This document shows, piece by piece, positions 10,701-23,600 of a stretch of 64,000 bases of DNA (its first letter is position 1; each line of letters starts with the position of its first letter). A model generated the notes under the pieces. That model had not been told where the DNA came from, did no database searches, and worked only from the letters and a program-made list of their open reading frames with translations. A program made the position numbers and the translations under genes. The stretch lies in NCBI GenBank assembly GCA_001724265.1, contig MEDY01000011.1, forward strand, positions 1 through 64,000, given 5' to 3'. This DNA is from Rhizaria sp. SCN 62-66. Taxonomy: Eukaryota.

Positions 10701-13700
10701 GGCCTGGCGCGCGCGCAGCGCGGCCTCGAGCTTGGCGCGCTGAGCGGCCTCCTCGGCCTCCATCTGGCGCTTCAGCTCGGCCTTCTCGCGCTCGAACTGC
10801 TCCATCAGGCGCCGACCCTCGTCCGCCGTCGTGGCCTGCGCGTTGAGGTTCACCATCTGCTGCTCCTCGAGCTGCGCCAGCGCGGCTTCGCGCTTGGCGC
10901 GCGCCTCGTCCTCAAACGCGGCCATCTGGCCCGCGGCCTCGCGGTCGATCTCGGCGTCGAGACGGCGCTTAGCCTCGTCCTGGTCGCGCTGCAGCTCCGC
11001 GCGCTTGCGTGCCGCGTGCTCCTCCAGGAAGCGCTTCTTCTCGGCGCGCATCTCCTCGTCGTCGCCGAGCCCCATGTCGTCGTCGTCGTCGCCGAAGCCA
11101 CCACCGCCGCCGCCACCGGAGCCGGCGGTGGGGGAACTGAGGCCGACCTGGGAGATCTGCTGCGCGAGCGCAGCGACGTCAATGCCGGCGACGATCTTGT
11201 TCTCCTCGTCCTCCTTCTTCTTGATGCGGGTGACGACCTCGGCGTAGTCCTTCTCCTTCTCGTCGAAATCGCCCTTCTGGCGCAGCTTGAGCGCGTCAAG
11301 CTCGCGCTTGCGCTTCTGCTTCCACTGCTGGTGCTTGTCGCGCAGCGACTGCTGGTACTTGTTGGCCTCGGCCTTCTTGGCGTCCTCGAGCTTCTTGAGC
11401 TTGAGGATGTGCTCAGAGATGCTTGCGTGCTCCTCCTCAGATCCGGCGACCATGCCGCGGCGCTTGATCTCGAGTTCCTCCTCGAGGCGGCGCTTCTCGG
11501 TCTCGAACAGTGCGGCGTCCTCGGCGGCCTTGAGCGCCTGCGCCTCGATCTCGCGCGCCATCTCGCGCTGCTGTTCCTCGGCGAGGCGCGAGAGCAGGAG
11601 CTGCTTCTCGTTCTCGTGCTCCTCCAGCATCAGCTTGAACATCTCCGTCGCCTTCTCCAGCACAGCCCTGTCCTCAGTGTCGTGCACGTCCATGCCGAGC
11701 ATCTCCTGCGCCTGGTCCAGCGCCTGGCCCTTCTGCTCCGCGAGCATCTTCTCCATCAGCTCCTGCTTGCGCATGAAGGCGCCGTACAGGTTCTTGATGT
11801 CGTCAGCCGAGATGGTCGAGTCGTTGACCTTAGAGAGCAGCGCGTCGATGTCATCGTCGAACTCGCCGCGGGGGCCCGAAGCGCCGCCGCGGAGCGCGTC
11901 GTCCTCGTCGTCGTTAACGAGCATGTCGTGCAGCGGGTCGACCATGACGTCCTCGTCCAGCCCGCCCGCGCGGTCCTCGCGCGCGAGACCGACGCCGCCG
12001 AACTCGACGTCGTGCGGCATGATGGCCGCGCCGGCCTGGCAGAGGAAGAGGCGCAGCGCCTTCTCGAGCTCGGGCGGAACGCCGACGAACACGGCCTGCT
12101 TCTGCTTGGTCGTGGCGGCGGCGATGAGCTTGCGGACCGCGAGCAGCGCCTGCTCGCCGTCGCGGCGGGACATCTCGCGCGCCTCGCGGAGGTCCACGAG
12201 GATCTGCTCGACGACCTCGCCCGAGACGTCGTCGTCGGGGTTGGTGACCTCGCCGACGAGCGCGAGCAGGATGTTCTCGCAGTACTCGTCGATCTGGAGC
12301 TTGAAGTTAGTCTTGACGTTGTCGACGACGGCGTGGTTGCGCTGCTTGCGCAGATCGCTGGCGCGAGCGGCGAACTTGGAGTCGAGCAGCTGGATGTTGT
12401 TGAGGTTGGGCTCGAGCACAGTCTCGCGGAAGTTAATAATGCGCGTGAGCAAGTCACCCTCGAGGTCGCTGATACGCTCCTCGCGCTGGTTCATCATCGT
12501 CACGAGCTCCTCGCCAATCACACCGGCGTTACGCGCGAGCAGCTTGCGGCGCGCGTCCTCCTTGTTGGACTGCATGAGCATCTCGTTGATGCGCGACACG
12601 ACTTCGTTACCGACGATGGCGACCTTGTCGTTGACCTTGGGCAGCGGCGTGTTGGGGCCCAGTTGGATGTCCGAGGCGATCTGCGTCTGCAGCTCGGTCA
12701 CGAGCTCCTGCATCAGGTTCACGATCTTCTTCTCCAACGATGCCTGCGAGTGGTCGTACGCCTGACGCGAGGTCGTCTCGGCCATGAGCAGGTTCTTGGC
12801 GGCACGGAGGAAACCGCTGTTCTCGGTGATCTTGACGGCGAGCAGGGCCTTGATCTGCTCCGTCTCGGCAGCGATACGGTCGCACTCGTCAGTGAAAGAC
12901 GCGATCTGGGCCTGGAAGTTGGACTCGGTCATCTCGGCGTACTTGGTGAGGTCGGACTCAATCTTGCGGAAGTTCTGGCGCACAATCGAGTCGTCGGGCA
13001 TCTCGTTGAGTGCGCGCACGCGGCGGGCCTCGTACTGCGAGAGCTTGGCGAAGATGGCGATCAGGATCGACACACCGACGAAGGCAAGGATGAGGATGTA
13101 GACGATCCAGAGGTCGGGCGTGACGACGACGGACGCGCGCTGCGAGATGCCGAGCGACACGAGCGTGGACGTGGCCGTCGATGACGGGTCGAGCACGGGG
13201 CACGTGACGCCGTAGGGCATCACTGTGAGGACTGTGAGCGCATCGAAGTCATTGTTGCGCGCGAAGACGTACGTGCCTGCCGTGTTGAACGAGTAGCCGA
13301 AGGTCCGCATCGTGGGGTCCGCGGCCAGCATCGTGGGCAGGTTCGTGAAAGCCGAGGCGTCAAACGTAGGGTTGGTATTGATGGCGTTGGCGACGATGTA
13401 CACTGGGTAGTCGAGCGTCGAGTTGAGCTGCCAGATGGCGCCGCCGCCCAGGGGCAGGCAGGCCGTGGCCGAGTAGTAGCCGGCGTCGTACGAGTCAAGT
13501 GTGTCCCACTGCACGAGCGCCTGCACCGACACGCCGGCCAGCGCGGACGCCGTGCTCGACAGCAGACTGACGGGGGCTGACGCCAGCAGCGCCGAGAAGG
13601 CGCCGTCCACGCCCAGTGTCTTGGCCGCGGAGCGCATGGAGGCGCTGACGCGCGCAAACAGGGGCTTACTGCGAGCCGCTGAGAGCTCCACAGAGCCGTC

Positions 13701-16059
13701 CGCGCCCATCACAACGCTGTCTTCGTCCTCGTCATCCTCATCGCTGCTGTCGGAGCTAGCCGAGGTAACGGAGACGGAGACGATGCGCGACGAGCGCGGG
13801 TCAAGCCCCAGCGCATCAGCAGACATTGTCGCGAAGCCCCCGGAGGTCTGGTTCAGCAGGGCCTCGAGTGCGACGCCGCGGGGGCCCGTAGCGCGCGGCA
13901 GGGCGTCAGCGGTGGCCGTGGCGCCCGTGGCGGCGGCGAGCCAGCGCGGCACGCCCATGACGGCCTTGTGGCCGCGCGGGGTGGACTCGAACAGCACAAC
14001 CTTGCACTCGGTGGCCTCGGCGCATTCGAACTGCGGGCCGTAGAAGCCAGGCAGCTTCGACACCGGCATCGAGACCGGCGCGCGGGCCAGAGGGTCATCG
14101 ATGGTGAGCACGAGCGACTCGCGGGATGAGCCGTCCACAGTCACCTGCGGCAGCAGCGTGCAGTCGCCGTAAGGGCACATCTGGTGGCGGTCGGGCGCCG
14201 CGCACACGCAGATGCCCATCGTGGGGTCGAAACGACCGGCGGCACGCGCGCGCGCCTCAGCCTCCTGCTCAGCGGTCAGCGCGCTGCCGCGGGGCACGTT
14301 GGACGCGGCGCCGCTGCGGACGCGCTTGTTGAGCCCGGCGCCGCCGCCGGTGACGGCGGAAGGGAGCAGGCGGACGTCAACGTGTGCGCAGGCGCTGGCG
14401 CAGACGAAGGCATCGGTGGGGTCGACGCACACGCCCGCGGCGGAGCGCACCTCGCCGTCGGCGCAGGGCTCGACGAGCACAGGCACGCAGTCGGCGGTCG
14501 AGTCGACGTCGTGCGCCGTCACGGCGGCCGCGCCAGAGGCGTCGGAGCTGCGGCGGGAGTCGTATGACACGTAGCCGGGGCGGCAGCGGCACTCGCCGTG
14601 GGCAGACATGTAGAAGCGGCCGGCGCCGACGCAGGCGCAGGAGGCGCCGCCGGGGGCCGCGACGGCCGAGGCGCCGCAGGGAGTGCAGTGCGCGGCGCCG
14701 GGGCGGGCCGCGATGGCGCGGTCGCCGCAAGGCGCGCAGGCCGCGGCGGAGATGGCGCCAGGGACGGGGTTGGCCGAGCCGGCGGGGCACGCAAGCGGCT
14801 TCTCAGCGCCCGCGGGGCAGTAGTGGCCGGTGGGGCAGAGCATGCCGTTGTGGAGCGCGGGAATCGTGGGGCGCGCCTGCGTGGTGGCGCCCGCGCACAC
14901 GTGGCCGGCGGCGCAGGGCAGGCAGGTCAGGCGGGCGGAGTCGGCGCCGTAGGTGCCCGCGGGGCAGGGCGCGCAGGCGTCGTGGAGCGTGGAGCGGAGC
15001 AGCAGCGCGTCGACGCGGTCCAGCGGGAGCGCGCCCGAGGCCAGGAAGGCGTCGCGCGTGCCGGCCGGGCAGAGCAGCGGCGCCGCGGCACCAGCAGGGC
15101 AGAAGGAGCCCGGCTTACACGGGGAGCACTCGAAGGCGCCAGTGGTCGCAAAGGAACCCGCGGGGCAGGGCACGGGCGTGGCCGTAGCCAGGAGCGGGCA
15201 ATGCGCGCCGGCGGGGCAGGCTGAGCACACGGCGGCGCCCGCGGTCGCGAAGAAAGCGGGCGAGCACGCGACGGGAGCGGCGGCGGCGTCGGGGCAAGCG
15301 TGACCGGCGGGGCAGGGCACGCAGATGGCCGTGCCGGCGGGCGCGGTGGTGCCGGAGGGACAGGGCTGCGGGACCGAGGACGCGGCGGCGCCGGCGGCGA
15401 TGTCCTCGGCGGCGGCGCAGGCGAAGCCGGCGGGGCAGGTGCGGCAGAGCGCGGAGCCCGCTGGGGAGTAGGTGCCGGTGGGGCAGGCCACAGGCAGCGC
15501 GTCGGGCGCCGGGCAGGAGAAGCCGTCGGGGCAGGAGAGGCACTTGGAGGAGCCCAGGGGCGCGTAGGTGTTGGCGGGGCAGAGCGCGGGCGCAGCGTCA
15601 GCGTCGTGGCAGGCGTAGCCAGCGGGGCAAGACGTGCACGAGACGGAGCCTGCGGCGGCGGCGTAGGAGCCGGTGGGGCAGGCGACGCAGGCGTCGGCGG
15701 AGGAAGCGCTCGGGTTAGCGTTCATCGTGCCCGCAGGACATGCAAAGGCGGCCTGGCAACCGCCCTCGCAGCTGCAGAAAGAAAGAAAAGGGTGTGCAGT
15801 GGGACGATGAAGGGAGAGGAGAGGATGAGTTTGAGGTCACAGGGGTTATGCGGAGAGTAGTTGCATGCAAGTGAAGAAAAAGTGGCGGGATAGAGTAGAA
15901 TATGCAATGTCAAAAAAAGAAAACGTACAAGTGTCCTGCAGGGCAGGCGATGCAGCTCTCCTTTGAAGCGAAGGAACCGGGGGAGCACTGCAGCTGGCAC
16001 TGCTGTGCTTCGACGGCCCCAAAAAGGAGCGCGAAGAGGACACACGCCAACGCAAGCAT
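7776..16059 (-). CDS. About 2700-aa type I membrane protein: signal peptide, Cys-rich GCC2/GCC3 (ephrin-receptor-like) repeats, one TM helix, very long cytoplasmic coiled coil, C-terminal globular domain
   Basis: Exons 16059-15929 and 15771-7776. The GTACGT..TGCAG intron joins CPAGH-F-CEGG. Signal peptide MLALACVLFALLFGAVEA; many CPAGxxC repeats; TM segment LWIVYILILAFVGVSILIAIFA at about 13048-13113; stop TAA. Alternative in-frame ATG at 16089. Confidence 0.85.
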
Positions 16060-16773
16060 GTGCCGGGGATGCCAAACGATTTTCTGCATCCTAGGAAACA
16101 AAAGAGGTGTGTGAAAATTCGGGTAGACGGTCAGCAGGGGGCTCAGAGAGGTGCAAATAAGATCTGCCCCGTTCGAACGGTTGGGCCGATTGGGAGTTTT
16201 AGAGTAACGAGTGCGATTGAAAGTCAAGCCCGCAATGTCGCCCAACAAAGTAAAACAAAAGATATATCAGACCGCAAATCACCCATAAACGCTATAACTG
16301 TTTAAATCAATGACCTTAACGCCCACTGTGCTCGCTTTTGTCGCCTCTGTCGCTCGCTCGTTACTGTCTCCACTGCTCGACTGACCGACTGACCGAACGA
16401 AGTCAAGCCGGGTTCGCAAAAAATCCCGCGAGGCCTCAGCACGTCGGTTTCTCTTTTTGGTCGGATAAAAAATGTTATGTGTGACTTGTACACACCGTTG
16501 ATGAACGTAATATGTATATTGCAGGAAGTGCACGTACTAACTTGTTTGATATGTTTTACATCTGTTTCGCAAAAACCTTGTTATAGACCACGGTCCTTGT
16601 GCGAAGAGAGCTTCTCTCCTGAGGTGAAACCCGACCGAGCTGCAAGACCCCTCCCCGACCCCGCCGGCCTGACCACCAAGACGGTCCCGGCTCGTTTCCT
16701 TGCCACACCCCACAGCAAGGCGTGTTGATTTAAGCTGTTTGTGGCGCTGTAAACCCGTCAAAAAGTGCTCGAT

Positions 16774-19700
16774 ATGTCACACAACTACAACCAACAGCAG
16801 CATCACCACCATTCGTCGGGCTTCGCTCCTGCCGAGACGTCTGCCTCCGCCTCTGTCCCGCCGCTGCTGCCGTCATCTGCACCCTTTGCGCTGCCCGATG
16901 ACCGCACGTACGACATCGTTGCCGCGGCGAACATGCACACGCACGCCTACGCGTCCCCGCGTGGCGCAGTGTCCAAGTCCGCGCGCGTCTCCGGCGCCGC
17001 CCCCACCCAGCCCCCCATCGTCGGCTCCTCCAAGCTCCGCGGCGCGTACATCAACGACCACATTGCCGAGGCCGTCGCGCGGCCCAAGCCGGCGATTCCG
17101 TGGGCGACGCTGAGCAACCCGCAGCTGTCTTTCCTCACCGACGGCGTCGTCGAGCGCCACGTCGAGGAAACCTTCTCCAACATCTTCTCTGAGACGCCTG
17201 CGTACAAGACGGTGCTCGAGACGCCGCTGTACAAGCCCCCGCTCGTGGCCCCGCCGCGCCACGCCCCCGCGTCGGCCGCCGCGGCCGCGCGTCTCCCCGC
17301 AGCGGTCTCCTCGGCCGCAGCGGCCTCCGCAGTGACTGGCGCCGCGCTCGCTGGCTCGGCCGCTCGCGCCCCGTCGTCGATGGCCATCTCCACCGCGCCC
17401 TACCGCGGCTACACGGGACCCGACCGCGCTGGCGGTGGCGGGCTTGCGCGGCTCAACAAGGGCCGCATCGGGCCCAACGCCCTCTCGCGCGCCCCCGGCC
17501 TCGGCTCTGCCTCTGCTGACAGCGCCAGCTCGACAGCGCAGATGCCGCCGACGCTGGCGCTGACCTGCGCGCTCGAGCACTCGCTCGCGCTCTCGCCTCT
17601 GCAGCGCGGGCTCACCGCGCGCATCCGCGACGCCTCGGGCCTTAACAGCGCAGCCCTCGCAGCCTCCTCCTCCTCCGCCGGCGCTGCCGCCGCCGCCTCC
17701 GCCGCTGCCGTCGCGCAGGGCCCGATCACGTCGCGCTCGATGCGCATCCACTCCGCGGCCGCTGCGCAGTCTCTGGCCGCCGTCGCCGCGTACGCCGCCG
17801 CGCCGCCCTCGGCCTCCGGGTCCAACTCGCGTTCCGCTGCCGCCGCCGCGACCGCTGCGGCGGCGCTCGAGGGCATGCCGCCGCCCGCAGCAGTCGCCGC
17901 GGCCGCCTCCGCCGCGGCCGCGTCGCGCGCGCGCGTGGCGCTGGGGCTGACGATGCCGCCGCCGCCCACACCCGCGGCGGCCGCGCACTCCCGCGCCGCT
18001 GCCGCGCGCTCCCGGTCGTCATCCCCCGTGCGCTCGCTCGCGGGCACCGCGGCCGGCACCGCGTTCGCGCCGTACAACCACTTCCCGTCCGCCGCGACGA
18101 CCGCGGCCGCGGCCAACGGCGCGAGAGGTGCCGTTAGCACCGGCGGCGGCGACCCCAGCGCGACGCTGCGGCCGTTCGCGACGGCGGCCGAGGTCGCCCG
18201 CGCGCGCGCGCCCGCGCCGCCGCCGTTCGGGCCCGAGGCGCGCGCCGCTGAAGACGCCGCCGCCGCGGCCTACGCGGCGCAGCGCGCGGCCACGGCCAGC
18301 AGCAGCATGAGCGCGCGCCTGACGGCCTCGGCGCCGCCGCTCGCCCTCGCGCTCGCGCGCTCCGGCCCCGGGCACAACGCGCACAACAGCCTCGGCGACA
18401 GCTCCGCGCGCTCCGACCCCGACTGGAGCAGGCATGACGGCAGCGGCAACTTCCGCGAGACGCGCCTGACGGTCCCGCAGCTGCAGTTGCCCACGGCCCC
18501 CGCGGCGCGCGCGCTGACGTCGCGCTCTCTGAGCACGCGCGCGCTGCGCACGCAGCCGGGCTCGCTGTCGGGCCGCGCCAGCGACGTCAAGCGCGTCGAC
18601 GAGCTGCACCGCCGCCAGCTGCTGCCTGTGCTCGGCGTATGTCTGCGCCTCCCGCCCCCGCCCGTGCTGCACGCGCCCCAGCGTCTCGAGGACCCGTCCT
18701 GGGACCCCTCGGCGGCGCTGCCGGCGTCGCTGCGCGCGCTCACCGCCCGCCGCGCCGCCGGACTCGCCGCGGCCGGGTCCACTCGCGAAATCGCCGCCGA
18801 GCGGCTGCGCGCGCTGACGCAGGAGCAGCGCGATGCGATTCACACGGTCGAGACTGCGCGCGCCGCAGCCGCGAGCGAGGCCGCGATCGAGAGGGAGATC
18901 GCCGCGCTCAACAGCGCCGCCGTCGCGCGCGCGACCAACGCCGCCGCTGCTGCTGCCTCCGCTGGTAGCGCTGCTGACGGAGCTAGTAGCGCTGGCGAGG
19001 GCTCTCCGCGCGACGCCGCGCACCAGGCGCAGCCCCCATCCGCGGGCTCGGTCGTGGTGTCCGCGGTGCGCGCGCGCGCTGCGGCGCCCGCAGTCGCATT
19101 GACGGCGCCCAACTCGCGCTACCGCGCCCCCGCCAGCGCTGTCGCGGCCGTCGCGGCGGCGCGGCACGGCGCCGGCGACTTGGATGGCGACGCGCGCGAC
19201 GCGCAGACACTGGCCGACGCGCAAGCCTCGTTCCCGGGCCCGCGCGCGCTGACCGCGCGGCCGCGCGCGGACGCGGCGGCGACGCGCGCGGCCGAGGCGC
19301 TGATCGCGCAGACGGTCCCGCGCGACGGCGCCGGCGCTGAGAGAGCGCGCGCGGGCACGGACGCGGCCGCGCTGGCGTCCAAGGGCGCGCGGCGCTCTGC
19401 CGAGCTGTTTGAGGGCCACCGCGCGGCGCTGCTGCGGCTGGTGCGCGACTACGAGCTTCGAGCGCAGGCGTGTGCGCGCGCCGGGCAGACGCGCGCCGAG
19501 GCCAACGCGTACTACTGCATTGGCGTGCTGCACGATAATCTGCGCTGCCCGCGCGAGGCCGCCGAGTGGTACTCCAAGTTCGTCGTCGCGGCGCACGCGG
19601 CCGGGGACAACGCGCTCATGGCGTTGGGCCACAACGCGCTCGGCATCGCGCTCGCCGCTGCCGCTGCGGCGGAGGCTGGCAGCGACGACGCGATGGTGTC

Positions 19701-20229
19701 TGCGGTGGAGGACGCGGTGGCGCAGCACGAGGCGCACTTGGCCGTCGCCGATCTGTACGGCATCTTCGTCGCCAACACCAACATCGGCGTGCTCAGCGGA
19801 CGCCTCGGCCACTTTGCGGCTGCCGCGGCGGCCCACAAGCGCGCGCTTGAGGCCGCCGCGCAGCTGCAGGCGCCGATTCCGCTCATCACGGCCACCGGCA
19901 ACCTCGGCCTCGCAGCCTTTGCCGACGGCGCTTTCGACGCCGCCGCGACGTGTCTCGAGCAGTTCCTCGAGCTCGGCGAGCAGTTCCCCGCACTCGTACT
20001 CGCGCCCGCGCGCGCGACTGCGCTGCTGGCGCTGGGCGAGATGGCCGTGGCGCAGCACGAGTACGGGTACGCGCGGCACCTGCTGCAGAACGCGCTCGAC
20101 GAGGCCGCGCGCGCCGGCGACTGGGCCGCCGTATCCAAGTGCCGTGTCGCGCTCGGCGTCGTCAGCGGCGCTGCAGCGGCGGAGACCGGGCTCAAGGCAC
20201 TCGGCGCTGCGATGGCGCACAACGCGTGA
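16774..20229 (+). CDS. About 1151-aa protein with Ala-rich disordered N-terminus and C-terminal TPR repeats
   Basis: ATG 16774 (MSHNYNQQQHHHH) to TGA. TPR-like units include EANAYYCIGVLHDN, ALGHNALGIAL, VANTNIGVL, ATGNLGLAAF and ALLALGEMA. Confidence 0.8.
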   Translation: MSHNYNQQQHHHHSSGFAPAETSASASVPPLLPSSAPFALPDDRTYDIVAAANMHTHAYASPRGAVSKSARVSGAAPTQPPIVGSSKLRGAYINDHIAEAVARPKPAIPWATLSNPQLSFLTDGVVERHVEETFSNIFSETPAYKTVLETPLYKPPLVAPPRHAPASAAAAARLPAAVSSAAAASAVTGAALAGSAARAPSSMAISTAPYRGYTGPDRAGGGGLARLNKGRIGPNALSRAPGLGSASADSASSTAQMPPTLALTCALEHSLALSPLQRGLTARIRDASGLNSAALAASSSSAGAAAAASAAAVAQGPITSRSMRIHSAAAAQSLAAVAAYAAAPPSASGSNSRSAAAAATAAAALEGMPPPAAVAAAASAAAASRARVALGLTMPPPPTPAAAAHSRAAAARSRSSSPVRSLAGTAAGTAFAPYNHFPSAATTAAAANGARGAVSTGGGDPSATLRPFATAAEVARARAPAPPPFGPEARAAEDAAAAAYAAQRAATASSSMSARLTASAPPLALALARSGPGHNAHNSLGDSSARSDPDWSRHDGSGNFRETRLTVPQLQLPTAPAARALTSRSLSTRALRTQPGSLSGRASDVKRVDELHRRQLLPVLGVCLRLPPPPVLHAPQRLEDPSWDPSAALPASLRALTARRAAGLAAAGSTREIAAERLRALTQEQRDAIHTVETARAAAASEAAIEREIAALNSAAVARATNAAAAAASAGSAADGASSAGEGSPRDAAHQAQPPSAGSVVVSAVRARAAAPAVALTAPNSRYRAPASAVAAVAAARHGAGDLDGDARDAQTLADAQASFPGPRALTARPRADAAATRAAEALIAQTVPRDGAGAERARAGTDAAALASKGARRSAELFEGHRAALLRLVRDYELRAQACARAGQTRAEANAYYCIGVLHDNLRCPREAAEWYSKFVVAAHAAGDNALMALGHNALGIALAAAAAAEAGSDDAMVSAVEDAVAQHEAHLAVADLYGIFVANTNIGVLSGRLGHFAAAAAAHKRALEAAAQLQAPIPLITATGNLGLAAFADGAFDAAATCLEQFLELGEQFPALVLAPARATALLALGEMAVAQHEYGYARHLLQNALDEAARAGDWAAVSKCRVALGVVSGAAAAETGLKALGAAMAHNA

Positions 20230-20637
20230 GTTGTTGGGAATCGAGGTGCGCTTGCTTTGTGATGATCAATGTAGCTGAGTAAAAACTGTATATGATGAGT
20301 TGTTGTTGTTGACTAATGTTACTTAGCTTTTTACCTATGCGACATGCCTACGCGACTGTGATTAATTTGATTACATCTCTGTGTTTCATGTGTTTAATAT
20401 TGCTTTTTGTACTTCACTGTGTTGTGCGTGTCAAGATTTTCGCGAGGCAATTATAATACACGTCTACAAATCTTTTTTTACCGATGAAAATAAATCATTA
20501 AGTAATGTATTGAAAGGGGCATTAGGTTGCGTAGTTTATCTCATAACAACACAGCATGTTGTGCCGCATATTGGCTCATGTGACGTACATGTAAGCATAA
20601 ACAAAAAAATCATAGATAAGAGATGTTAGTAGCCGCT

Positions 20638-23600
20638 TTAACCGCGCAGGAACGGGTGCGCAGGCATCAGCACAGCGGCCGGAGCAGAGACAGTCCGAGA
20701 CGCAGCCTCCGGCGTCTCCAGAGTCAGCTGACTCACAGGCAGGTCGCCGCCGTGCTGTTGCTGTTGCTGAGGCTGTTGCTGTTGCTGCGGCATCACTGGC
20801 GAGACAGGAGAGCCTGGCGCAGCCGGCGACGGCGCGATGCTGCCACCATTACGCGCAGCGGCGGCGGCAATAGCGTGCAGCGCGCCGGGCGACGCCATTG
20901 CAGCCGCATTCTGCGCGGGCGAGTAGTGTGAGAGCTCAATCGGCACAGGGCTGCTCACGCCGTTGGTGTAGTACTCCTCGGCCTCAGCCTCTGCAGCCGC
21001 GCCGAGCGCCGGCGCGGCGGCGAGCGTCGCAGCGTCCGCGGCCGCAATCGCAGCGAGCGAAGCATCGGCGCTCCCGGCGTTGGCGCTGTCCTTGGCAAGC
21101 GTGTCGTCGACCTCCTTGAGCAAGAACTCGACCCACATTTCGGCCAAACTCTTCTTCTCGCCACTCGCCGCAGGTGCAACGGCAGCGGCAGCGGCCGCGT
21201 TGGCAGCAGCTGCGTCTGCGGCGGCGTCCGCAGGCGCGACCACTGTGGTGTTGACCCAGTTCCACGCCGAGCGCAGCACCTGCGTCGACCGCTGCACGAG
21301 CACACGGCCGGCTTCCTGACCGGGGATCGGCAGCAGCTGCGCGCGCGCACGGGCGCGGGCGGCAAGCACGCGCGCCTGCTGCTCGTCGGAGAACTGCAGG
21401 ATGCGCATCATGAGATCGGCAACCTCGCTCTGGCCGGCGCCCGCGGGGCGCGTGAGGTACGCCTCCATGAGCTTCACCACGATGCGCTTGTCCACAGTGT
21501 TCTCCTCGAAGCCCGCCGTAGCGCGGCGCAGCTTGTCGCCCAGAGCCTCGGTCTGCGCGCGCAGTTGCGCGCTCTCGCCCTCGAGTCGCGCGACCGCGGC
21601 CTCCAATTCAGGCACGCGCGCCGCCGCCGCCTCGCACTTCTCGGCGCGCTCTGCGGCCGCGGCGGCCTCGGCACGGGACTCGTTGAGCGCACGATCGCTG
21701 GACCGCGCGGCCTCGGCAGCGGCGACGCGCGCCGCGGCGAGCTCGTCCTGCGCAAGCTGCAGCGCGGCGTGCACGGCGACGTTGGTGCGCGAGAGATCGC
21801 TGTTGGCGTCCTCGCTGCGCTCCATCTCACGCGCCGCAGACGCCGCAGCGGCCTCCACGGCGGCCACGCGCGCGGCCGCGGACTCCACGGTCGCTTCGGC
21901 CTCCACAGCGCGCGCCTCGGCCGCGTCCGCCCGCGCGCGCTCGGCGGCAGTCGCGGCCTCACCCTCAGCGCGCGCGGCGGCAGCGTCCTCGCGGGCCTGC
22001 ATCTCGCGCGCAGCGGCGGCCTCAGCGGCGGCCAGCGCGTCCTCGGCCTCTCCGCGGGCCGCGATGATCTCGCGCTCGACCACGGCCTCCGTCTCGGCCT
22101 GCGCCTCGGCGGCAGCGGCAGCGGCGGCGTCGGCGGCCGCGCGCTGCGCAGCGAGCTCCTCACTCCACGCCGCCGCAGCGGCCTCGGCTTCCTCGCGGAT
22201 GGCCGCGGCCTCCGAGCGCGCGGCCTCGGCCTCGGCCAGCGCGGCGGCCAGCGCGGCGGCGGCGTCGGCAGCGGCGACCTCGGCCTCTGCGCGCTCGGTG
22301 GCCAGCTCGGTCGCAAAAGCGTCAGCCCGCGCCTCGGCATCGGCCACAGCGGCGTCGGCGGCCAGCACGCGCGCGTCGCTGTCGACGGCGCGGCCCTCGG
22401 CCTCAGCGGCGCGGGTCGCAGCCTCGTCCACGCGCGTGTCAGCCTCAGCCACCGCGAGCTCAGCGGCAGCGGCAGCGGCCTCTGCGGCGGCGGCGCGGGC
22501 CTCGGCAGCGGCAGCGCGCTCCTCAGCAGCCGCAGTGCCGTTCTCGGCCTCTGCAGCGCGCGCCTCCGCGGCAGTCGCGCGGGTTTCGGCGGCGACAGCG
22601 CGCGCCTCGGCCTCAGCGGCCGCCTTGCGCGCCTCAAGCGCGGCGGCCTTGGACGCGCGTGCGCGGTCCTCCCATGTGGTCTTGGCGCGGCTGAGCTCCT
22701 GCGTCAGCGCCAGCGTCTCCTGCAGCTGGCCGCGTAGCTTCTCGACAACGGCAGCATGCGCAGCGTTGGCGGCCGTGGCGTTGTTCGCGGAGGGCTCGGC
22801 AGAGAAGGGCGAGGACGGGAACGGGGCCGGGAACGCGCCGACGGCGGCCGCACCCCACGGGCTGTTGACGGTCTGCTGTGCGCTCGACGCCGCAGCAGCA
22901 GCAGCCGCGGTCGAGGCGGCCACCGACGCAGCCAGCGCGGCGGCGCGCTGCTCGGTCTGGGCCACGAGCTTGGCCTCGCTCAGCTCGCGGTCGCTCTCCG
23001 CGCGCGCCACAGCCTCCTTGAGCGCGGCAGCTTCGCCGCGCACGGCCTCAGCCTCTGCGCGCGCCGCGGCAGCCTCTGCGCGCGCAGCGTCGGCGGCGTC
23101 GGCCGCGGCGGCCGTGGCGGCGTTGGCGGCCGCGAGCTCCTCCTGCGCGACGGCGACGACCTCGCGCACCTTGGCGCGCGCACGGTCCTTGAGCTGCGTC
23201 TCGCGTGCGGCCGCAGCTTCTGCGGCGGCGGTCGCAGCGGCCTCGGCGGCTTCGACAGCCGCAGCGGCCTTAGCGTCGGTGGCAGCGCAGTGCGTGCACA
23301 CGCCAACCTGCGTCGTCGCGGCGACCTCGGCCGCGGCGTCGGCGGCGGCAGAGGCGGCCGCGGAAGCCACGCTGGCTGCCGCAGAGAAGAACGACGACAG
23401 TAGGCCGCCGCCGCTCTCCTGCACGACGACGTTGCTGGTCTCGGCTGCGGCTGGGATAGTCGGAGCAGTCACAACGACTGGCGCGGGAACGGGCTCAGCG
23501 TCAGCGGTAGCCAGGGGCGATGTGGCGATGTCGAAGTCGTCGACACCGCCCGCCAGCGTCGCCACCGTCGCATTGTGCGCACTGTGAAGTGTCGCGGCGT

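Noticed and set aside
9495-13184. 1229-aa plus-strand ORF and many other long antisense or alternate-frame ORFs (e.g. 21401-23587, 18019-20220, 749-2200)
   Set aside because: Shadow ORFs caused by GC-rich codon bias on the true coding strand; no recognisable motifs.
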